A stretch of DNA of 34,824 nt from a virus (Duplodnaviria; Caudoviricetes). The stretch lies in the IMG/VR virus record IMGVR_UViG_3300048589_001426, positions 1 through 34,824 of that record. One strand, written 5' to 3'. Under the pieces are notes generated by a model that was not told the origin of the DNA, ran no database searches, and saw only the letters and a list, made by a program, of their open reading frames with translations. The position numbers were made by a program, and so were the translations under genes. Positions 1 to 6,240 of this stretch are shown in pieces. Each line of letters opens with the position of its first letter. The stretch's first letter is position 1.

Positions 1-1026
1 GCGGGGCCCCCCCCCCCCCCACGCGGTAGGGTTCTCTGCTCGGTCAGTTCGATCAAGAGACCCGAGCTGGTTGAGGACGGGGAGCGTAACGCGTGGCTGA
101 CGTCGCTTGCCCTTGCTTACAAGTGGCATGGCTACTCTCGGGAAGAGGCTCAGGCGAAGATTCAGCTGCGCATGGTCGAGGTTCCTGGCTGCGAGTATTC
201 GCGCAACTGCCGCCAGGTTCGCTCGATCGTGAAGGCGATTTATCGCAACCTCCCCCACATGGTGGGGCGCTTTTCGGACCGCGAGCTTCCCGCGTGGTTG
301 GCCGACGATATGCTTTTTGATAACTCACCAAAACAAGGCGGAATAGATCTAAGAAGGGGGTTATACCCCCTGGGGCTGGGGTTTTTGGTTCCAGAGGGAA
401 GGGAGCCAGAGGCGACTCTGCCTAAGCTCACCCTTGTTCACGCTTCTCTTCAAAGCCTTCTTGCCGACGGCATTGGCGAAGATGACGGCGAGGCTGCCGG
501 GGCTGACCGGGAGTCAAGCCGCGCAGCTCAAATGCCGCTTTCTAGCCTCGGCAGGGAGGTTTCCCTGGCAGCGATTCGCTGGCGGCAGCGGGTAGGGATT
601 TTCGACGGGAGGCGGCTGGTGGTGTGCTTCACCAAACGGCACTACCGGGCGCAAGCGGCTCTGGAGTTTTTGTCCGGGAGGCCTGAGTACCAGGGCGTAC
701 GGCTCAAGGTCTATACGCCGCACAGCAGCCGGCAGCTAGGCTATCGCGATGCGATCGAGTCTTGCCCCGACGTCTTGCAGGCCGGGCTGGTGCTTGGAGA
801 GCGGAAGACCTACGCCGAGAAGCTCTCGGCGTGGCGGGCCGCGAAGGGGCTTTCGAGGGCGTGCGCTCTAGATGATCTTGTCGAGGAGAGCGTAGACCCA
901 GTTGAAGATCTTCATTCCGGCGCCAATGCCGATGCCGGCTGGGATGGCCGTCCAGACGTTTCGAAACATGTCGTTGATGTCCAGTCGCATGACAGTGCTC
1001 TCGATTTTTTCGAACTGCTTCCCTGA
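1..1026 (+). CDS. 5'-truncated replication initiator/replicase with a PriCT-1-like helical domain
   Basis: Frame 1 is open from base 1, upstream of the ATG at 172. It reads GERNAWLTSLALAYKWHGYSREEA...QVRSIVKAIY, matching the G-x-R-N...E-V-x-x-I-x-x-S/A-x-Y pattern of primase C-terminal 1 domains in plasmid Rep proteins. Confidence 0.55.
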   Translation, partial: AGPPPPPRGRVLCSVSSIKRPELVEDGERNAWLTSLALAYKWHGYSREEAQAKIQLRMVEVPGCEYSRNCRQVRSIVKAIYRNLPHMVGRFSDRELPAWLADDMLFDNSPKQGGIDLRRGLYPLGLGFLVPEGREPEATLPKLTLVHASLQSLLADGIGEDDGEAAGADRESSRAAQMPLSSLGREVSLAAIRWRQRVGIFDGRRLVVCFTKRHYRAQAALEFLSGRPEYQGVRLKVYTPHSSRQLGYRDAIESCPDVLQAGLVLGERKTYAEKLSAWRAAKGLSRACALDDLVEESVDPVEDLHSGANADAGWDGRPDVSKHVVDVQSHDSALDFFELLP

Positions 1027-1133
1027 TTTTTCAGGTGTTTGCTGACGACGCCACGTCGCCGACGAGACAAAGAGCAAGGAATGTTCCAAAATCTTGGTGA
1101 TCACACGAAATCGTCGGCTCTGGGAGAGGCTCG

Positions 1134-1613
1134 GTGCAATTTCGTAAGGCCGTCTCGATCATTTTGAAGCTGGAAGGCGGCCTGGTCGACGACCCGCGCG
1201 ACCCCGGCGGGCTTACGAAATTTGGCATCTCGCTTGCGGCCTATCCCAAGCTCGGTCGACAGGGGATCATGAAGCTGACGCTCGATGAGGCGCGGGCGAT
1301 CTACCGGCGGGACTTCTGGGATGCGGCGCGTTGCAGCGAGCTGCCGGCCGAGTTGCGGCTTGTCGTGTTTGACGCTGCCATCAATCAAGGCGCCAAGACG
1401 GCAATTCGTATCCTCCAAAAGGTTTTAGGCGTCACGGTCGACGGCGTCATCGGCCCTCAGACGCTTGGCGCTGCCGCCAAGGCTGACTGTGAGCAGCTGG
1501 TCGTCGACTTCATGGCTGAGCGCGCCGAGCGCTATGCGGGCCTTGCGACCTTCAAGACCTTTGGACGAGGCTGGATGCGGCGGCTTTTCCACGTGACTCG
1601 GCAGTCGGCTTGA
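1134..1613 (+). CDS. Glycoside hydrolase family 108 lysozyme (endolysin) with a C-terminal peptidoglycan-binding region
   Basis: Motifs EGGLVDDPRDPGGLTKFGIS, FDAAINQG, DGVIGPQT and FGRGWMRR. GTG start with GGGAG upstream. Confidence 0.9.
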   Translation: MQFRKAVSIILKLEGGLVDDPRDPGGLTKFGISLAAYPKLGRQGIMKLTLDEARAIYRRDFWDAARCSELPAELRLVVFDAAINQGAKTAIRILQKVLGVTVDGVIGPQTLGAAAKADCEQLVVDFMAERAERYAGLATFKTFGRGWMRRLFHVTRQSA

Positions 1614-1657
1614 AGGGCTCGACCTTACGGTACAAACCATAACCCGGGGTCATATCG

Positions 1658-2587
1658 ATGCGGCTTGAGCCTCGCATGAAGCCCTATCGGATCTTGTCGC
1701 TCGATGGCGGCGGGGTGCGAGGAGCTTACCAGGCTGTGCTCCTTGCTCGACTTGCCGAAGCCGTGCCTGCGTTTCTGCCATCGGTGCGCCTTTTTGCGGG
1801 CACCTCGATTGGCTCTGTTAACGCCCTGTCTCTGGCCTCGGGGAGGGCGGCAGCCGAGCTTGTCTCCTTCTTCGAACAGCATGGGGCCAAGGTCTTTGAC
1901 GACTCTTGGTGCGACAACCTCCAGGACATGGGCAAAGTCATAGGCGCTGACTATGACCAGGGCTACCTCAAGCGCCTTCTCGAGCGGACCTTCGGCGAGC
2001 AGCAGCTCTCAGATCTAAGGCGGCGCGTGCTCGTTCCGAGCTTCGACCTCGACAACGAGGGTTCCCCGAGGACGTGGAAAATGAAGTTCTTCCACAACTA
2101 CCCCGGGGCCGATTCAGACGGGACGGAACGGATGGTCGACGTAGCCTTGCGCTCGAGCGCGGCGCCGACCTACTTTCCAAGCTACCAGGGCTACGTCGAC
2201 GGTGGAGTAGGGTGCAACAACCCGGCGATGGCGGCCGTGGCTCTGGCCATCAACCCGGACATCGGCCGCCAGGATCTCCGCTCGCTGCGCGTCTTCTCGC
2301 TTTCGAGCGGAAGCAGTCCACAGTGGATCTCCGGCAAGACTCTCGACTGGGGCTTTGCCCAGTGGGCTCAGCCGATGGCAAGCCTGATGATCGACGCCAA
2401 CGTCGGGATCGCCGACTACCAGTGCCGACAGATTCTCGGGCGAAATGCCTATTTTCGCTTTGATGAGGTGCTTCCGCGCCACGTCGGAACAGATGAAACA
2501 GCCGCGCTGGGAGAACTCATGCAGTGGGCTCAAAGCGCGGATCTCACCGCAGCAGTGTCTTGGCTCGAGGAAAAATACCTAGGCTGA
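1658..2587 (+). CDS. Patatin-like phospholipase (start may be 1676)
   Basis: Oxyanion loop LSLDGGGVRG, nucleophile elbow GTSIG, SSAAPTYF and catalytic DGG are all intact. Confidence 0.93.
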   Translation: MRLEPRMKPYRILSLDGGGVRGAYQAVLLARLAEAVPAFLPSVRLFAGTSIGSVNALSLASGRAAAELVSFFEQHGAKVFDDSWCDNLQDMGKVIGADYDQGYLKRLLERTFGEQQLSDLRRRVLVPSFDLDNEGSPRTWKMKFFHNYPGADSDGTERMVDVALRSSAAPTYFPSYQGYVDGGVGCNNPAMAAVALAINPDIGRQDLRSLRVFSLSSGSSPQWISGKTLDWGFAQWAQPMASLMIDANVGIADYQCRQILGRNAYFRFDEVLPRHVGTDETAALGELMQWAQSADLTAAVSWLEEKYLG

Positions 2588-2827
2588 CACGCAAACGGCT
2601 TTGCCTTGGCAGGGCAAAAGCTCGAGGACCACTGGCGCGCTAGCGACCGGGCGGCCGAGCGCGTACAGAGGCCAAGGGAACCGAGCCGGCCCAGCACAAG
2701 AAGAGCCAGAGTGAAGGCGCCGAAGGTTGAGCGTTCCCGCGGTTATGAGCTGGGCTCTGAGCTTTTAAGGGCTACGCCTGAAGCTATGGACGATTAATTT
2801 CAATGATAATGGTTACATATTGCCTGC

Positions 2828-2855
2828 TCAAGCTTCTGGACAAAGACGCCGATAA
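2828..2855 (+). promoter_or_regulatory. Sigma28 (FliA)-like promoter for TA operon 1
   Basis: TCAA(G)-N16-GCCGATAA. The -10 element at 2848-2855 matches the sigma28 consensus exactly. Confidence 0.55.
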
Positions 2856-2860
2856 GCCTT

Positions 2861-2892
2861 AGGATCTGAAAATGGATCTTTAAACAGATCCT
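2861..2892. promoter_or_regulatory. Putative antitoxin operator
   Basis: Inverted repeat AGGATCTG...CAGATCCT, with GATC cores at 2863, 2875 and 2887 (12-bp period), between the promoter and the antitoxin start. Confidence 0.55.
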
Positions 2893-2909
2893 GAAAGGCA
2901 AAGGACGTT

Positions 2910-3260
2910 ATGAGACCAGAACCCCAACCGGCTCCCGCCAAAGAGCTTACGGTTCCGGCCGCCAAAGCGCGTAGCCAACAGCCACTTTTTGCCGGCACCG
3001 TTACGGTGAGCAAGATACGAAGCCCCGAAGGTAACGCCCTTCTCGGCGACGTGACAGACGACAAGGCCCTGCGCATCGTCCACCGCGGCCATCCCATCAA
3101 GGTCGTTGTGACCGAAGAACGCTACTTGGAGCTGCTGACCTTCTGGCAGCTCTTCGAGCACCAGGAGCCCCTGCCGACTACGACAGCAGCTGAGGAGCTC
3201 GCCGCGGCCGAACAGGAAGATGTCGAGCTCGACGCGCTGGAGGCCGAAGACCGTGACTGA
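2910..3260 (+). CDS. Phd/YefM-like type II antitoxin
   Basis: LRIVHRGHPIKVVVTEERYLELL fits the Phd/YefM pattern. It has an acidic C-terminal tail and overlaps the next gene. Confidence 0.6.
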   Translation: MRPEPQPAPAKELTVPAAKARSQQPLFAGTVTVSKIRSPEGNALLGDVTDDKALRIVHRGHPIKVVVTEERYLELLTFWQLFEHQEPLPTTTAAEELAAAEQEDVELDALEAEDRD

Positions 3261-3579
3261 GCGCGCCGCCTTGCCATGGCGGTGGGCCTCCGAAGGTGCG
3301 CGACGGCGATTTCGTGGCCGTGCTCGTGCGATGGCTGCCTTTCAGCCGTTTCCGTTAGAGACCAGGCGCCGCTATCGTGAGCACGTCCTCGCGGCAATCG
3401 AGGAACTTGCGCGTTATCCCGAGGCGGCGCCGCTGACTGCGGACAAAGCGTACCGCGTGAAGACGATCGCATCGACCGGCACAGCTCAGGGCGACGTAAT
3501 TCTTTATTCGTACAGTTCGGCTGGCGTCATGATTCATGGTGTGTTTCCGTATCTACCGCCGAAGTTCTTTGGGAGCTGA
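3253..3579 (+). CDS. RelE/ParE-superfamily toxin (divergent)
   Basis: The GTG at 3253 overlaps the end of the antitoxin gene. AAIEELARYPE...YRVK...VILYS...VMIHGVF is a RelE/ParE-like layout. Confidence 0.5.
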   Translation: MTERAALPWRWASEGARRRFRGRARAMAAFQPFPLETRRRYREHVLAAIEELARYPEAAPLTADKAYRVKTIASTGTAQGDVILYSYSSAGVMIHGVFPYLPPKFFGS

Positions 3580-3600
3580 CAGGTGATATCGATTCGGACC

Positions 3601-3634
3601 CCGAGCTGGGGGCGGTTTCCCCCCCTCAGCTCGG
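3601..3634. terminator. GC-rich stem-loop between the convergent TA operon and DGR cassette (terminator or DGR RNA structure)
   Basis: CCGAGCTG-GGGG...CCCCCC-T-CAGCTCGG inverted repeat. There is no poly-U tail. Confidence 0.4.
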
Positions 3635-3767
3635 TCAGCCACAGGTGTCTGGCTCGAAGTGCCTTGGGACAAACATCAGAAGGCTCAGCGTGGTCTTCTC
3701 ATCGCTGAAAAGACTTCCCTCACGCAGACAGCGAACCCCCAAGTCTCACGGCCGCCGGGCGAACGAC

Positions 3768-3881
3768 AAGGCGCAGCGAAAGCCCACGTTGCTGTTGACG
3801 TTCGACGGCCCATTGTTCAGATTGGCGGCGAACACGCCGGCGTTCGTGCCATTGTTCCAGTTGCCGCCGCGGAGCAGGGCA
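3768..3881 (-). repeat. DGR template repeat (TR)
   Basis: 114-bp ungapped match to 6257-6370 with 13 mismatches, all at TR adenines on the minus strand. It reads ALLRGGNWNNGTNAGVFAANLNNGPSNVNSNVGFRCA (10 AAY codons). Confidence 0.97.
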
Positions 3882-3934
3882 CCTTCGGACAACGCTGAAC
3901 GGCAGGCGCGGCCATTCTGAGCCCGACACCTTTT

Positions 3935-4888
3935 TCATAGCAAATTCTCGAAAGAACGAAACGACAGCTCGCTCTGCGCCATCCGGCTCGGGCGGGCTCC
4001 CGAGCGTTCCAGGCGCCCTATCCGCTTGGCAAACCTCCTCTTGTTGCGGCTTAGAATCCGATAGCCGCCGTGATCGAGCACATATCCTAAAAACGGCACG
4101 GGCGCGTTACCGAGCGGCATCCGCTTGAAGTGGGGAATCGAAAGTCTCAGCTCGCTTTCGACGTGCTGGGTCACGGCGTCGGCCGCGTCGAGGACCACCG
4201 ACTTATTGCGGCCCCCGAGGACCATGTCGTCCATGTAACGGAAGTAGAAGCCGCCTTTGAGCTGCTCGGTGGCGACACGGTCGGCGGAGACGAGATAAAA
4301 GTTGGCAAACACCTGGGACGTCAGGTTTCCGATCGGGATGCCGTAGCCGCGAGAGGCATACTCGGCATGGCTTTGCAGGAGTGAAGCCAGAAGAGGCTCG
4401 AGACTCCGGTCTGGCAGCGCCTCGAAAAGCTTGGCGAGCAGCACGTCATGCCGGATCGAGGCAAAGTATTGCGCGACGTCGAGCTTGATGACGAAGCGGT
4501 CTTTGCCATGCTCGCGAAGCACCGCAAGAAGATCCGTCGCGGCCTTCCGGTTGCCTTTGCCGTGACGGCAGGCATACACGCTCTCCGGTACCAGGGGATC
4601 GAGGATCGGCTCGATGATCTCGTGGATGGCTGTATGGACGACGCGGTCCATAAAGGGAGCCGCCAAGACGCGACGCGACTTGGGGTCTCTCACCAAGAGT
4701 TCCCGGTAGCGTCCCCAGCGATACTGGCCTGCTAGGATCTTGCCGCGCATGGCGACGAGCTTCTCGCCGTGGGCAAACATGGCGCGCTGATAGCCGGTCG
4801 AGGCACGCTTGCCGCGTGCGCAGAGCTGGAAAGCCCGTGCAAGGTTCTCGAACGCCGCCACCTCGTCAAGGAGCGTGGTCACGGGCAT
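3935..4888 (-). CDS. DGR reverse transcriptase (317 aa from ATG 4888)
   Basis: Motifs RDPKSRRVLAAPFMDRVVH, KLDVAQYFASIRH, the DGR-type GIPIGNLTSQ, catalytic RYMDD and FLGY. It has no maturase or endonuclease domain. Confidence 0.96.
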   Translation of the reverse strand: MPVTTLLDEVAAFENLARAFQLCARGKRASTGYQRAMFAHGEKLVAMRGKILAGQYRWGRYRELLVRDPKSRRVLAAPFMDRVVHTAIHEIIEPILDPLVPESVYACRHGKGNRKAATDLLAVLREHGKDRFVIKLDVAQYFASIRHDVLLAKLFEALPDRSLEPLLASLLQSHAEYASRGYGIPIGNLTSQVFANFYLVSADRVATEQLKGGFYFRYMDDMVLGGRNKSVVLDAADAVTQHVESELRLSIPHFKRMPLGNAPVPFLGYVLDHGGYRILSRNKRRFAKRIGRLERSGARPSRMAQSELSFRSFENLL

Positions 4889-5243
4889 CCGCCTCGAACT
4901 TCCCAAAGCCACCGATCTGCCGACCGACCTCGGCGGTCAGCTCGCTCAGCTCGGCATAGCCGGTGGTCGGAATGATCTGCATGTCATGCGAAAGCTGAAG
5001 CAGAATCCGGATCTCGTCCAAGTGCTCCGAGGCGCTCTCCAAGGAGGCGGACCGCCGCGAGTCTTTGCCGCCACTTTTGGCAAGGCTAGCGACGCGGACG
5101 GCTGACGTCAGGTCGATCGCCCGGTCCTCCAGGCGGCGGCCAAGTGTCGGGCGGTAGTGTTTGGGAAAGCTGCGTGTTCTTCCAAATACCATGACGGTCA
5201 ATTGGTAGCTGTCGGCGAGGATCTTGGGGCTTCTAGCGCTCAT
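4866..5243 (-). CDS. avd: DGR accessory variability determinant (Avd, four-helix bundle)
   Basis: 125 aa with FPKHYRPTLGRRL, LDEIRILLQLSHDM and EVGRQIGGF (Avd E-x-G-R/K-x-x-G-G motif). It overlaps the RT start. Confidence 0.9.
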   Translation of the reverse strand: MSARSPKILADSYQLTVMVFGRTRSFPKHYRPTLGRRLEDRAIDLTSAVRVASLAKSGGKDSRRSASLESASEHLDEIRILLQLSHDMQIIPTTGYAELSELTAEVGRQIGGFGKFEADARDHAP

Positions 5244-5952
5244 GGCGTCGCCCCCGGCCGTCGCGGTCCTGACCACGCTCGATTTTCTTGATCAAAGACG
5301 CAAACGCGGGCAGCACATCGCCCTCCAGAAAGGCGACGTCGCTGGCCCAACGCAGCCTCGCATCAGGATCACTGTAAACGAGCGCCAACGCCGCACCGAT
5401 CAGTCCTCGGGAGCGGTCATAGTAGGCGCGCTTTTCTGCGCCATACGAATAGAACCCGGAGCCGAGCTGCTCGAGAATCGCGCCCTGCAGATCACGCAGT
5501 CGATGGCCGTAGCGGAGCTTGTCGGCGTCCCCCCACATCGGCATCCGGAAAGCCTCCAGGCACAGCCGGTAGCAGGCAAGCCCGTCGAGGTTCTTCCCAG
5601 AGGAGGCCCGCCTGGGGCGCGGCGGGCGTTCGCTGCCTGTGGCCTCCGGCGACTTCGGAAGCGTTTCCGAAATTTCCGAAATTTCCGAAATTTCCGAAGT
5701 TTCGGAAATGGCCTGAGGCTCCCTTTCCGTGAGACCGCTGGCCTGCCGAAAGGCCTCCAGCGAGGCGAGGTCGACATACCAGCGCTTGCCGACACGCAGC
5801 GCCTTGATCTGTCTGGCCTTGATGTAGTTGAGGACCATGCGCTCAGAAACACCGAGAGATTTCGCGGCAGTATCGACGCTTACCTCGAGCTGGGATTGGG
5901 GCTGGCTGCGGCGTGGCATCGCGGGCGGCATGATCCTTGATTGGGAGCGCAA
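5233..5952 (-). CDS. Excisionase-like HTH fused through a repeat linker to a four-helix-bundle (IVP/Avd-like) domain; start may be an ATG near 5931 or 5919
   Basis: N-terminus VSVDTAAKSLGVSERMVLNYIKARQIKALRVGKRWYV is HTH_17-like. The linker is ISETSEISEISEISE. C-terminus LDGLACYRL...LRDLQGAILEQLGSG...EKRAYYDRSRG resembles 23S-IVP four-helix bundles. It overlaps the avd start. Confidence 0.7.
   Translation of the reverse strand: MRSQSRIMPPAMPRRSQPQSQLEVSVDTAAKSLGVSERMVLNYIKARQIKALRVGKRWYVDLASLEAFRQASGLTEREPQAISETSEISEISEISETLPKSPEATGSERPPRPRRASSGKNLDGLACYRLCLEAFRMPMWGDADKLRYGHRLRDLQGAILEQLGSGFYSYGAEKRAYYDRSRGLIGAALALVYSDPDARLRWASDVAFLEGDVLPAFASLIKKIERGQDRDGRGRRHER
5664..5708. repeat. 9-bp repeat array 1 (intragenic)
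   Basis: TTTCCGAAA x3, then TTTCCGAAG and TTTCGGAAA. Confidence 0.9.
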
Positions 5953-6008
5953 AGCACCCTAGCAGGGGATATCCTCACTCAAAAGGAGAAAATTCCTGAC
6001 TGGCATAA

Positions 6009-6076
6009 TTTCCGAAATTTCGGAAATTTCCGAAGTTGCGGAAGTTGCGGAAGTGACGTTTCCGAAGTTTCGGAAA
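6009..6076. repeat. 9-bp repeat array 2 (intergenic)
   Basis: TTTCCGAAA TTTCGGAAA TTTCCGAAG TTGCGGAAG TTGCGGAAG tgacg TTTCCGAAG TTTCGGAAA. Confidence 0.9.
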
Positions 6077-6147
6077 TGCTGCCTGATGGAGAAATAGACA
6101 TAATAAATTAAATCAACAACTTACGCGAATGTGCTGTTTCGGCACAA

Positions 6148-6174
6148 TTTCCGAAATTTCGGAAATTTCCGAAA
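6148..6174. repeat. 9-bp repeat array 3 (intergenic, next to the VR hairpin)
   Basis: TTTCCGAAA TTTCGGAAA TTTCCGAAA. Confidence 0.9.
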
Positions 6175-6182
6175 TGGAGCCG

Positions 6183-6201
6183 CTGGGGGCTACGCCCCCA
6201 G
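6183..6201 (-). promoter_or_regulatory. DGR target-recognition hairpin/cruciform downstream of the VR
   Basis: Perfect 8-bp stem CTGGGGGC/GCCCCCAG with a 3-nt loop (GTA on the coding strand), about 40 bp after the target stop codon. Confidence 0.8.
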
Positions 6202-6240
6202 ACCCCAAAACCAAGGACCAAGGTCCAAGAAACCAAGGAC

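Noticed and set aside
5-21. Poly-C tract as a phase-variation site
   Set aside because: It lies at the extreme window edge, where low-quality sequence is likely.
1658-2587. CBASS system with a CapV effector
   Set aside because: No CD-NTase or other CBASS gene is present in the window.
3935-4888. Group II intron, retron or abortive-infection RT
   Set aside because: It is a short RT with the GNLTSQ motif, an adjacent avd and a TR/VR pair with adenine-only mismatches, which identifies it as a DGR RT.
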